64,000 bases of DNA from Octopus vulgaris (GCA_951406725.2 OX597814.1:9982001-10046000), one strand, 5' to 3'. Shown: positions 29,095-41,645, counted from the stretch's first letter. Made by a program: numbers and translations. The notes: generated by a model not told the origin, from the letters alone.

Positions 29095-30613
29095 GACCTC
29101 AAATTAAGACCTATAAAAGCAGGCCCCACATGCGAAACCTACCGCCTCAGTAACTTTTCAGACACCCTCTTAAAACCATTCTTCAAGCATATCAAAAGCT
29201 ACATAAGAGTCGACCTAGATATGCTCAATCAACTTCCTGAAACAATAAATAAAGACATCCTACTAGTATCCTTCGATGTAGTCAGCCTAGGAATAGAGGC
29301 AATCCAATTCTGTCTAGAGAATTATTCCAATGAACTCCCACACCACATCATAAAAGAATTCGTAATAGAAGGGCTAAAGTTCATCGTGAAGAATAACTTC
29401 TTCGTCTTCAAAGACAATTTCTATCGATTGCTAACCTAATCATGAGATATCTAGAAATTAGTCTTTATCGTAAGGTACTAGAAAAGTATGGCAACCCATT
29501 CTCCCTCTACATAGAAAATAACTGAAAGAGATACCTGGATGACTGCTTCATTCTTTGGCATGAAAGTATAAAGAGACTTAAAGAATTTCAAGCACTTCTA
29601 AATGGACTTGACATAAATATTCAATTTACGACGGAATACAGCCATCAACAACTTCCATTATTCGACATTCCCATTAAGAAATCCAACAATAAAAGAGAAA
29701 TAGACATATACTTTAAGCCTACGGACTCCAAGTAATATCCACCGTTCAACTCATGTCACACCAAATACACTAGAATGAATATCCTTTTCATCCTGGAAAG
29801 AAGCATTTGTACTATAGTTTCTAATACTAGCACCAGGGACACACATCTACATGTGCTAAAGATACACTCATCAGCAGGAATTACCCACCATCACTAATTG
29901 ACATAGGCTTTCAACGTGTCCTGCAACTCAACATCCACGAACTGAGTCATCCCAAATTAAAGAAGCATTTACAACCATACATAACCACAAATAACCCCTT
30001 TAACAATGAAGTCTTCGACACCATCCTCCAGATCATACCTCTATTAAAAAGAGACCACAGAATGAATCTAACCTTCCAAACGCACACCATTCATTATAAA
30101 GAGAAAAAGAGAACCCAAGTTAATGAAACGTCTTCTAACACAAGCCCAAATATACTCATGAACAACATTGAAACCGTCAGTAAAAATGTGGAAGACCTAA
30201 TTGTTGTATATGCGTCAACCTAATTGAGAGATTGGAGTTGTTCTTCAAACAAATTCAACGTTTTACAGTGAAAAACAGTTTCACATGTGTTTTGGTAAAC
30301 CTAATATGTGTTAACTTTCTCAGAGTGTCGAGAGCAAAACATAGTCCAAACCAAAAACAGTCTACGTCAAAGGAAGACCCTACATAGATCCCAGATTAAA
30401 ATTCAGGAATACAGAAAAATAGTATTTAGCGAACACATCGACATTTGCGTCACTAACGAACAATCCAACTTCGAAATGTTTCCCCTCTATAAATTTAGGG
30501 ACAATACAACCTATAATCAGCGCATTAGCAAAGAACCATATTTTATCGCAAAATATAAACTTCTTTTGAATGCTTCAATCACAGATGACACTATTACAAG
30601 GGTCTTAGAATAA
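29095..30613 (+). mobile_element. Decayed Penelope-like retroelement (RT + GIY-YIG endonuclease), with internal deletions and frameshifts
   Basis: LRPIKAGPTCETYRLS..SYIR..LVSFDVVSL; *KRYLDDCFILW (YLDD ~29531-29542); IQFTTE..LPLFD..DIYFKPTDS..FNSCH; KCGRPNCCIC; then a GIY-YIG-like NLI.VLTFSECREQNIVQTKNSLRQRKTLHRSQI. Confidence 0.88.
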
Positions 30614-30693
30614 TACCTACGCAAATATTAGGTCACTCGGCCATTCAAGAAGACTCTACGTACAGTTTACTACTATCATACCACTCCCTTCTC

Positions 30694-30793
30694 TTTCTTC
30701 TTCTTCTTCTTCTTCTTCTTCTTCTTCTTCTTCTTCTTCTTCTTCTTCTTCTTCTTCTTCTTCTTCTTCTTCTTCTTCTTCTTCTTCTTCTTC
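30694..30793. repeat. (CTT)n microsatellite
   Basis: Near-pure trinucleotide run. Confidence 0.95.
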
Positions 30794-31039
30794 GGCTAAT
30801 GCTGCTTAAACAACCAAAATCCGGAAACAACATCCCTCATAGTAAATATTTCTTCAGATCTGCTACTACCTACCTACCTACCGAACCTTCGCAAAAGTAA
30901 GATACATATATATATATATCAAAGTAAGCACATAAATGTGAAACAAGATGGGAAAAAATAGTACTGGAATACCGGAGGTAGAGTAATATGGTTTATTATT
31001 ATTAAAGTTGCAAAAACATCACAAAAATAACACAAAAAA

Positions 31040-31077
31040 CTGCTATTCAGAGTTTCACGTTCCCGTTCATCGGACAG
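31040..31077 (-). ncRNA. Degenerate minimal type I hammerhead motif in the loop of a foldback (arms ~30992-31029 and ~31109-31147)
   Basis: Minus strand: CUGU-CCGAUGA-ACG-GGAA-CGU-GAA-ACUCUGAAU-A-GCAG (stem I CUGU/GCAG, stem II with GNRA loop, U4C core change). Confidence 0.55.
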
Positions 31078-31172
31078 ATTAGATTGAGAATGGAACAGTT
31101 TATTGAAATATTTTTGTGATGTTTTTGCAGCTTTCATAATAATAAAGTATATATATATATATATATATATAT

Positions 31173-31694
31173 ATGGTTTCTGGGATTTTACTCTTCATCG
31201 GTACTGAACACCTGCCTGCTAGAGATGGCAGTCAAGTGTCCCTACTCACATTATATAAACAGAGAAGTGGCAGACGGCCGATGATCTCGCAACGAACAAA
31301 ATAGCTAGTACTAAAATCTCTAAATGAGATATAAGTAGTAACAAATGAGATATAAGGCAGTAACGTTCTTTCGCCATTATAACATGGCTGTTCTATAAAG
31401 AACAATATTACTACATTGAAACCCCAGGAAACCATCTTTTTCAGCTGCCATCAATCAGATTGACTGCCTTCTCTAGCAGGCAGGTGTCCAGTACCGATAA
31501 AGGGTAAAGACCCAGAAGCCATGGGCTACTGGTCTTGCCAAGCTGAAGGGGAGTGATTCGGTCCCTTACTCACAATATATCGGACACAAGTTGTGCGTCG
31601 GTAAGCACTGAAAAAGAACGTTTTCCTGGGTTTAATATGTATTAGCATTGTTCTTTATAGAACAACCATGTTATAGTGGCAAAATGCGTTACTG
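31173..31694. mobile_element. Non-coding module with interleaved inverted repeats (A..B A'..B') and a hammerhead-like motif; Penelope pLTR-like
   Basis: A 31173-31235 / A' 31460-31522; B 31358-31444 / B' 31608-31694. HHR-like ccagta-ccgatRa-a-ggg..ccc-a-gaaRccatgggc-tactgg at 31488-31532. Confidence 0.75.
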
Positions 31695-31718
31695 TACACA
31701 CACACACATGTATGCATG

Positions 31719-31751
<33 letters not shown>

Positions 31752-32114
31752 GTTTATTATAGCAGTTTGAGTAATCGTATCGAGTGGTCTCTCTTTGCAA
31801 ATGAAATTTGTTATATTGTCCCACGTCAGTCGTCATCCTAAAGGCTTGATATAGATTTCAAATTTTGGTAAAGGACAGCAATTTCGTGAAGGGGGCTAAG
31901 TCGATTGCATTGACTCCAGTTTTCAACTGGTACTTATATTATTGACCCAGAAAAGATTAAATGTTTGCAATTTTTTCAGTTATATATTGTGTGTATAGAC
32001 GTTGACATGACGCTACATGATAGTTAAAACAACAGACTGCGTTTAGTAAACTAAATCGATGGATATTTAAAGTGCGACTCTTTCATTTGTACAAATGTTT
32101 AAATGAAAGAGCCA

Positions 32115-32175
32115 GGTGCCCCAGCATGGCCACAGCTCGTGAGCTGAAACTAGATAAAATATAAATATAAATATA
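32115..32175 (+). mobile_element. Isolated 3' tail of the CR1-group LINE family seen at 59628-61107
   Basis: ggtgccccagcatggccacagctcgtgagctgaaactaga nearly equals 61043-61082 and is followed by (aaatat)n. Confidence 0.8.
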
Positions 32176-32598
32176 ATGGTAAGGTAAGATGTTATACATA
32201 TCACATATTTCAAAGATGTGAAGATGTGATTTCTTAAAAATTTGGCTAGTATTTCTATCAGGACTTGCTTAGATACTCCCTCAAAGATACTGTTCTTTTG
32301 CAGTTTTCCAGTTGTATAGTGCATGTGTCTAAGCACATGTGACTCTGCTGGTCAACATAACCGAGTTACCAATCAAATCTCTTGATAACATTCGCTGCAG
32401 TATACACCTTAATTCGCAATTCGCACGAATACATATTGGAATAGACAGGTATCAACCTCTGAGCAATTGCAGAACTGAGCCGAACATAAGACTAGTTGCG
32501 TGAATCAACAGAAAAATAATGGATTCTAATTTACGCAGAAGGACATGCATCTCCAGGGAAGGGACTTAGTCGATACTATTGAGTAAAGTTTTCATTTC

Positions 32599-32716
32599 GA
32601 GGTGTGACTGTGTAGTAAGAAGCTTGCTTCCCAGCCATATGGTTCCGGGTTCAGTTCCACTGCGCGATACCTTGGTCAAGTGTTTCTACTATACACAGAA
32701 ACTGAATGAAACCCAT

Positions 32717-32766
<50 letters not shown>

Positions 32767-32990
32767 CGTGCGTGTGTGTGTGTGTGTTTGCGTGCCTGTG
32801 TGTGTGTTTGTGTCCGTGTTTATGTCCCCATCACTGCTTGACAACCGGTGTTGGCGTGGTTATGTTCCCGTAACTTAACGCTTCGGCAAAAGTGAAGACA
32901 GAATAAGTCCTTGACTAAATCCCTTCAAGGCGGTGCTCCTGCATGGCCGCAGTCAAATAACTGAAACAAGTAAAAGAATAAAAGAATATA
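32599..32990 (+). mobile_element. SINE family A, diverged with internal deletions
   Basis: Head ggtgtgactgtgtagtaagaagcttgc and tail ggcggtgctcctgcatggccgcagtcaaataactgaaacaagt. Confidence 0.8.
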
Positions 32991-33350
32991 TAAGTCGATC
33001 CCAGAAGAATGAAAGGTAAAGCTGCCTCGGCGAAAATTGAACTTAGGATGAAGCGAACAGGGATAAACAAAGCTAAGCATGTTCACCGAAGCTAACAAGA
33101 CTTTCTACTATAGGCACAAGGCCTGAAACTTCTGGGGACGAGGTTAATCGATAACATCGTCCCCCGTGTTCAACTCGTAATTATTTTATCGACTCCAATG
33201 GGCCAAAGGTAAAGTCGGAATATTCGGTTGAATATTCCGAAGCTAATGATAGAAAATGAAAAGCAAGGAGACATGTTGCTTAGAGGGATTCTCTCTTGCT
33301 CTCTTTCTCAACTCGCACACTCTTCCTCATCTCTCTCTCTCTCTGTATGC

Positions 33351-33459
<109 letters not shown>

Positions 33460-33784
33460 CGTTATGTATAAATAATACATGAAATGTTTATATGTATAAA
33501 TATATATTATTTAGAATACGCAAGTGTGAATATATCTTATATACAAGTGTGTGTGTGTGTCTGTATGTCTGTGTTTATGTATGTATGTATGTATATATGT
33601 ATGTATGTATGAATGTATGTAGAAGTATCTGTATGCAATATATGCACGCATTATATAAATCTGAAAACCCTCACACAGGCTCACTCGTGTTTTTATCTGA
33701 GCTTACATACATACTTACTGACATATATATCTAATTCTTACATACACACACACACAAGCACGCACATACATATATTTCTCTCTA

Positions 33785-33822
<38 letters not shown>

Positions 33823-33906
33823 CACATATTTCTCTCTCTCTATATATATGTATATGTGTGTGTACTACATACGTACCACAAACATACAGACATACACATA
33901 CTCAAT

Positions 33907-33939
<33 letters not shown>

Positions 33940-34377
33940 ACACACATACACAACACTTATATGTTCATGTTTGCGTGTATGTATCTGTTTGCGTGCCTGT
34001 GTTTGTGTGTGCCACATATATGAAATTTGAGGTAGAAAACATTGACCTAACCAAACTTACAACCTAAAACCTAAAAAAATATACAGCAAAAACAGCAACA
34101 ACTCTATTGAAATTATGAAGTATACTAATTAGTTCTAATACAAGCATCCTTCCCTTCGTTAAATAATTTAATCGTTTTCTCGATAAAATCCTTGATAAAG
34201 TCTACGTTTAGCTTCAATTCTGCATAATTATATAATGTAGTTAAAGCGCCTTTCAGATTAGTTAACTAAATCATTCTTTAGATAATAACAGACCACAAAT
34301 TCCATAACTTTTTATGTTTTTAAATTAAGAATATCTTCCAGGTTTTCTAATATATATATATATATGTATATATAATA

Positions 34378-34461
<84 letters not shown>

Positions 34462-34487
34462 CATGTATATATATATATACGTATATA

Positions 34488-34570
<83 letters not shown>

Positions 34571-34579
34571 ATATATATG

Positions 34580-34612
<33 letters not shown>

Positions 34613-35079
34613 TTATATATGTGTGTATATATATATATATATACATACATGCATACATACATATAATGTGTGTGTATCAGGAAACAAAGAGTTGAGGAAA
34701 AATTCGATTTAAACGCAGACGAGTAAACCGGAAGTAGACTCGTCTTCTCTTCCCCTAATGAAAGATTATATTTATCATAATGAAGACGTAATCAGATAAC
34801 ATTAATATAGATAAATTCATTAAAATTTCGCTGATTACGAGAACTTGTGCTTCTGTGTCTGTGTGTATGTGTGTGTATGTGTGTGTGTGTTTGTGTGTAT
34901 GGATGTAGTTTTGTCTATGTGCCGTCTCCGTAATAGCTTGTTATCTCCGTTGATATAATTTTTTCCCCGTTATCTTCTCTTTTTTCCTCAAAAAATTTCA
35001 TTCATTCTTAAATTTTAAGTCGTCAACTACTTTTCTATTATCATAATTGTTCACGTCGCTTTTATGATTACGTTTTATT

Positions 35080-35690
35080 ATCAGCGCGTCGGACGAAATA
35101 GTTACAGGCATTTCTTCGGAATCTTCATATTCTGAGTTCAAATTCCGCCGAGGTCCACTTTGCCGTTCATTCTTTCTTGGTAAATAAAATAAGTACCAGG
35201 TGAGTTCTGTGTTCGATGTAATCGATCAGTCTTGTCCCCCTTGTGCCTATAGTAGAAAGTATCATTCTTATAATTAAAGGAGCAAGCTAGCAGAATCGTT
35301 AGTACATCAGATAAAATGTTTAGCAGCATTTCTCCGGATTTATGTTCTGGGTTCAAATTCCGCCGAGGTCGACTTTGCCTTGTATCCATTACGGGTTCGA
35401 TAAAATAAGTACCAGTAATCGACTTACTCACCAGCCTTTGTTCCAAAATTTGAAGCAATTATTATTATTAAGGGAGCGAGCTAGCAGAATCATTAGCGGC
35501 CCAGACAAAATGCGTAGCGGTATTTTCTCTGGATTTGTGTTCTGCGTTCGAATTCTGCCGAGGCCTACTTTGTTTTTTTTTTTTAACCTTTCGATAAAAA
35601 AGTACCAATCAAGCACTGGGGTTGATGTAATCAACCAGACTTCTCCCCAAAATTTCAGACTTCGTATCTATTGTAAGGAAAACTTCATTA
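35080..35690 (+). mobile_element. Three consecutive diverged family B SINE copies
   Basis: gttcaaattccgccgaggtc-like B-box/Nin starts at ~35135, ~35350 and ~35546. Confidence 0.8.
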
Positions 35691-38011
35691 TTATCTATCT
35701 TTTAATTTTCATTTTAAAACTCTTATCGATAATCTCCTATTTTACTTTCGTCTTCTTGCTCTCAACATCCTCCTCATCATCTCCATTATGCTTTTCAGAC
35801 TTTTCTCTCGCTCTCCTTCTCCACCACTTCCTCCTCACCCACTTCCTCCTCACCCCCCTTTCTGTTTCACCTACCCCTCTTCCTTATCATCATCAATTTC
35901 GTCAATGTCCACTACTTCAAAATTGCCTTCGTCATAAAACTGTTTCGGCTCCGTCTTAATTTAAGCTTATCTAAATGACATCCAAACTATAAGACAATTA
36001 GCCGGCAATAAGATCAAGAAAGTGAGAATGGCCTTTACTAACAGAATCAGGGGCCATTATTCGACCTGTATTATTTATTTCCTTGTATCGGCTGACTTGA
36101 AACTTTCCCAAATAATTTGAAACACTCCCTTGACGATAAGAAAGCAACGTGGAAGAAAAAGAAGAATGAAGAAGGAAAAGAAACGATATTGTTATTGTTG
36201 TTGTTATTGTTGTTATTACTGCGGTATTAAAAAGCGAAAGCAGACAAGGTTTATTTAATTAATAAGTCTCAGTTGTGTGCACTTAATGTCTACGTGAATG
36301 TCCCAATGACGCCAATCTTAAGACAGACTCGTAAATAAAAATAATTCTATTTACATTAACTAGATTATTTGTTAACTGTGTTTGGAATTAAGACATTTTA
36401 GTAACTCACTAAACTATCTTTAAAGAGCGCGGGTGGTAACAGTCAATAAAGTTAAAGACAGCAATCTCTTTTCGGGTTCAGTCCCTCACTGCGCGTCACC
36501 TGGGACAAGTGCTTTCTGTCGAAGCCCTGGGTTAATTCAAGCCTTGTTAGTGAAACTTGGTTTATAGAAACTGAATGGATGCCTGTCAGAAGATCTCTGC
36601 CTGCTCTATTTGACACAACTAACCGACTCTCTTGGTGCTATTAGCGGATTCCACTGTATCACAAATATTTGTCTATGATCTGAGGACGAAACGGTATCTC
36701 ATTAAGTTGCTGTTTTCTTTTCCCTTACTCTCAATCACCCTTGGAAGCCCTGCCAAATAATTGGTGCTGCCCTTCTTCCTCTCACAAACTCATAAAAAGA
36801 ATTCACGAGGCCAATATTTTTCATTCTCTGATCGACACTGCACTGCGTTTGTGACCAAGATTCTTGAGTTGCTCTCTCTCTCTCTCACCCTCTCTGTCTG
36901 TCTGTCTATCTTCTCAATTAGCTCAGTTCACTAAGCTGTGCATAGGCTTCACAACCCCCCCCCCCAAAAACTAACAACTCGTCACTGGAAAAAATACATC
37001 TCACAGTTTCGTTATCTTTCTATAATGCCGTGTTCAACACTTGTTAGTCTAATTCGAAAAACATCTTTACCAAAATGGCTTTCTTCTCAGACCTTTGCGA
37101 ATTGTATTACTATGAACAAATAAATGACGCATTTACCAAACTATATTTAGCTCTACTTAATTTTCATTTACGATAAAAGTTGTCCATATATTGAAGAAAA
37201 TTTATTTAAAGTGCATGACAATCTAAGTGGTGAGCAACGGAAAAGACTTTGATAGTAAATAGTAGGATTAACTCTAACACCAGCAAGCCAATGCGAAAAC
37301 AGCCTCAGCATGGTCGTTAGATCAAGAAACGGCAACAAATCTTCAAATTAGACCTACTCTCTTGAAAATGGAAGGTCGCATTTATTCCAGTGACATTATG
37401 CCCACAGAGGTAATACAGTATATTACATACATTTGTGTATTTAGAAAGCAAAATCGACCTCGGTAGCATTCAAATCTAGGACGTAAAGACGGATGAAGTG
37501 TCGCTAAGCATTTTGACCGGCACGCTAACAATTCTGCCAACTTGTCACCTTAATTTTGTCAGTAATAATCATTTCTGTTAAAGGGATAATGCCTGAAATT
37601 TGGGGTGAGAGGACTAGTCGATTACATCGACCCCAGTGTTTCACTGGTACTTAATTTATCGACTCCGAAAGGATGAAAGGTAAAGTCGATCTCGGCTGAA
37701 TTTGAATTCAGTACGTAAACACGAAATGCTGCCAGACGCAGGAGTGCTGTATGGTAAGTAGCTTGCTTACTTCCCATGAGTCTTTGTTGTCAGTGTACGC
37801 ATGCGTCATTGTGTTGTGCACTGAAGAAGAGAGCCGGCGGTGTTTTAGCTGACGAAAAGATAGCAGTTGCAAGATAAGGCTTTTGTCTCTTGGGTCCAGT
37901 GGGGGTTGTTGTCTGTGGTAATATTTTTACAAACAAAGAGTCCTCACTGGATTCAGGACTTTGGTCTGCTTGCAGTTCAGCAATATTGTTCGCATTAAGT
38001 GAAATTTTTTT

Positions 38012-38274
38012 CTCATTGTGAAAGGTATAGTTTGGGGGCGTATCCTGCCACCAAAAGTTGTTCACTTTTTTGTGAATAGCGTGTGTTTTTACAACTACGT
38101 TTATAAATAATTGGAAATCTGTATTTCAAGTGTCCACATTAAGTGGACATTTTTACTCATTGTGAGAAGTATAGTTTGGGGGCGTATCCTGCCACCAAAA
38201 GTTATTCGCTGTTTGTGAATAGTGTGTGTTTTTACAACAACGTTTACCAATAATTGGAAAGCTGTATTTCAAGT
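38012..38274. repeat. ~120-bp direct duplication separated by a small hairpin
   Basis: ctcattgtga..gtatagtttgggggcgtatcctgccaccaaaagtt..ctgtatttcaagtg at 38012-38132 and 38157-38274. Spacer contains tgtccac-attaa-gtggaca. Confidence 0.9.
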
Positions 38275-38454
38275 GGAGCAGTCCAGGTTCTAATCGATGT
38301 ACCATAGAGCTTAGAGTACCTGAATGCTCAGGAGATTTTTTTGGCTGTGTTTTGTTGAACTGTTGTTTTCTTCTATTGTGACTTACTCTATTGAACTGTT
38401 TGCTTTTTCTCTTCTTTCCTTTTGTTTCCTTTTGCATTCTCTCTTTTCTTTTTG

Positions 38455-39559
38455 AAATTTGGGTCTGTGATTTGCCACCCAGAATTGAACCGGAGTGGAT
38501 AGATGATACTATCCGTCGGGGTCTGGGTGGTAGCGGAGCCATGCTCCTCAATGTGAAAATTTTTCCTGCGGCTGATTGGGTTGGGTCAAAAGCTGACCCT
38601 GTGGACCCAATCAGCCATGAATCTGGTTATGCCAGATTTTTTTGAAAATGGCCGGGTGCAGGTACACGGTGATTCTTGAGGGTTGCCCCCCCTACCAGGT
38701 GTCATCGGTGCCTGGAGCCTGGCCATATAAAGAAAAACTGTCTTCAGGAACAAAGCAAATCCTGGAGTAGTTGATTGAGACCTCTGTAGAAGAAGGAACG
38801 AAGGCGACTGAGGAGGCGGAGGATTTCTCAGAGAAAGACCGCAAGAGGAAAAAGGTGAGTTACAATGGGTGCTCACCGAAGGATCCTAGGGATGAGGTAG
38901 GGGAGGCGAATCTCCCGGTCACGGAGGAGACGCACCCTCCCTCAGTTGAGAAGAAAAAAAGAGGAAGAGGAAGAGAAACGTGACTTTGCCAGCAGTCGGT
39001 GACATAGCACCGGAATGTCCAGAACCTTGTCGGTAGGGGTTGTGCCACTGGCTGGGGAAGAGACACCGTTGGCAGGAATTGTGCCGTCAACGGTAGAATT
39101 CACTACCTCGAACCCGGAGGAAGACGGACTATTGGTATTCTTCTACAGAGGCGGAGAAGTAGGAGAGGTGGTGGAAAAGCACCATAAGGGAGTACCTTTA
39201 ATCTTCATTCAGCATCCCGAATGGCCTCCGCAGATAGCTGTAGATCACGTTGCCAGTGATGCGTAGGCTGCAGGGACTCAATGAGGAATATCGCTTTTGG
39301 CCGGGCGTGCCGACTCGGAACCCGCCTTGGTCTTCAATGAGGCGTGGGTGATGGTGGAGTATACGGGCACAAGCGATGATGGGGAGGAATAGTGACAAGA
39401 GTTTGAAAAGCCTCAGTGTTACAATGTTTATTGTAGAATATTTAATATTTATTGAATGTGTTTAAGTGGCTTAACGCCACAATTTTTAACTGGACTCTTG
39501 GGCCAATAATTGTAAGAGGTTCAATACCTCGTTTCGTCTTTTTACTGTGAAAAAAAAAA
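38455..39559 (+). mobile_element. Decayed L1/Tx1 ORF1-like (gag zinc-knuckle) retrosequence ending in poly(A), without RT
   Basis: IWVCDLPPRIEPEWI..., CCHC knuckle CHRCLEPGHIKKNC at 38700-38741, charged low-complexity tract, AT-rich 3' UTR, A10 at 39550-39559. Confidence 0.6.
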
Positions 39560-39717
39560 GAAGAGAATAATGTTTTAGAGAAGCAAAAAATCGGCGGGCG
39601 TTTTTTGTCTTCCCCCATCATTTTTTCATCATTCTTTTTTCATCATTCACCTCATCAATGTTTTCGTCTAGGACGCAAGCTACTCTGTGTCATGCCTTTA
39701 AGGCAAAATTTTTGAAA

Positions 39718-40126
39718 TAAAGTAGTTTGCTTACCAACCACATGGAACCGGGTTCAGTTCCACTGCGTGGCACCTTGGGCAAGTGTCTTCTACTATAGCC
39801 TCGGGTCGACCAAAGCCTTGTGAGTGGATTTGGTAGACGGTAACTGAAAGAAACCCGTCGTATATATAAATATATATATGTATGTATATGTATGTGTGTA
39901 TATGTGTGTGTATGTGTGTGTATATTTGTGTTTGATCCCAACCATCGCTCGACAACCGATGTTGGTGTGTTTACGTCCCCGTAAGATAGCCGTTCGGCAT
40001 AAGAGACCGAGAGGATAAGTACTAAACTTACAAAGAATAAGTCCTGGGGTGGATTTATTCGACTAAAGGCGGTACTCCAGTTTGGCCGCAGTCAAATGAC
40101 TGAGACAAGTAAAAGAGTAAAAGAGT
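39718..40126 (+). mobile_element. SINE family A, near full length
   Basis: Collinear with 43129-43550, with an (aaaagagt)n tail. Confidence 0.9.
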
Positions 40127-40807
40127 AAGCACCTTGGCCGCCGCGATTACGATTCTGCCAGCAGTAGTAATAAGAACATATTAAAATTCAATTGATATGT
40201 CTTAGGGCTGGTATCAAATGTGGTTTAGGTGAGCTTCTATACAATTTAGATTACTATAAAACTTCTGACGGATCAACCATCATCATTTGTTGAATAACTT
40301 TTGTAAAGCTTGTTTAAAAAATTGATCTGGTGGTCTAAACTTTCCGCTAAAACTTGGGTTAAAATTGTAACTACTGAGATCAAAATATTAGCATCAAAAA
40401 TAGATATAATTATAACACAAATGGAAATTTAATGAACAGCAATAAAGCTACGGCTTTACTTGTCCAAGACTTCGATAAATTGAATTCTTCATAAGTAAAT
40501 GCTTGCAATTTAGTAGACAGAATGGAGACCATTAAAGGCGCATAAGTTGACTAGAATCAACGGGCCAAGTTTACAAATCGAGTAGACTATGGCAGAATTT
40601 GAACTCAGAAAGTGCGTCGACTGGTTCAACGGTTTTACAGTTCTGCTCTGCATGAGCCCAGTTTATCGCCCCCAATTGTTGTTACGAGAGCAAATTGATG
40701 ACAGAGCGCAGACGGTGAGAACAAATTTTACGCCACTTGCTCCTTCTCTCTCTCTTTCTCTGTCTGTCTGTATGTCTGTCTGTTTGACACGCCATCTCTC
40801 CCCCCCC

Positions 40808-40838
<31 letters not shown>

Positions 40839-40858
40839 GGCGCAGGCGTTGCGCTATA

Positions 40859-41015
40859 GGCGTAGGAGTGGCTGTGTGGTAAGAAACTTGCTTCTCACAC
40901 AACATGGTTCCGGGTTCAGTCCTACTGCGTACCACATTGGGTAAATGTGTTCTACTATAGCCTCGGACCGAAGCCTTGTCAGTGGATTTGGTAGACAGAA
41001 ACTGAAAGAAGCCCA

Positions 41016-41097
<82 letters not shown>

Positions 41098-41427
41098 GTT
41101 TTGTTCATTCATGATATATTTTGAATTCGTTTCACTGAAGAGCAAGAGACGTAGATAATACGTTAATTGCGAAATCACAGGTGATTTGGAACTAAATTCT
41201 GTTTTTAAATGTCTCGCTTCGAGAATTGCATTCGGTACGATTTGTTTATTTTTGGTAGTTATGACTTTAAAAGTCCCTCCTAGCGTGTGGCATTTTTATG
41301 TGTAATAATGCCCTCTATATAATATAAATAAATATTTTCAAGTGAAAAAATTTACAGATTTTTTTCTCTTATGAGGTTTTACACGCTAACTACTTGATAA
41401 TTTCTTATTAAGATTTTATCCTATTTT

Positions 41428-41468
<41 letters not shown>

Positions 41469-41645
41469 TTGTGTGTCTGTGTTTGTCCTCTCACCATCAC
41501 TTCACAATCGATGTTGGTGTGTTTACGGCCCCGTAACCTAGCGGTTTATCAAAAGAGACCGATAGAATAAGTACTAGGTTTACAAAGAATAAAGTGGTGC
41601 TCCAGCATGGCGTAGTCAAATGACTGAAACAAATGAAAGAATAAG
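40859..41645 (+). mobile_element. SINE family A copy split at its internal microsatellite by a ~340-bp hammerhead-bearing module (~41093-41432)
   Basis: SINE 5' half 40859-41016, then (CA)n(TA)n, the module, (TA)n, and SINE 3' half ~41467-41645. Confidence 0.85.
41123..41199 (+). ncRNA. Type I hammerhead ribozyme with intact catalytic core
   Basis: Stem I gaatt-c-gtttca / tggaac-ta-aattc; CUGAAGA 41135-41141; stem II gcaa/ttgc extended by acgta/tacgt; GAAA 41171-41174; stem III atcac-ag-gtgat; cleavage triplet AUU ending at 41186. Confidence 0.8.

Noticed and set aside
31173-31694. DIRS-like ITR/ICR architecture
   Set aside because: The inner segment order is B-A', not the complement of a circle junction (A'-B). 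No tyrosine recombinase, and the HHR motif points to Penelope-type repeats.
34716-34840. Two small hairpins (agacgagt/actcgtct; cgtaatcag/ctgattacg)
   Set aside because: No ribozyme core or second copy found; short enough to be chance.
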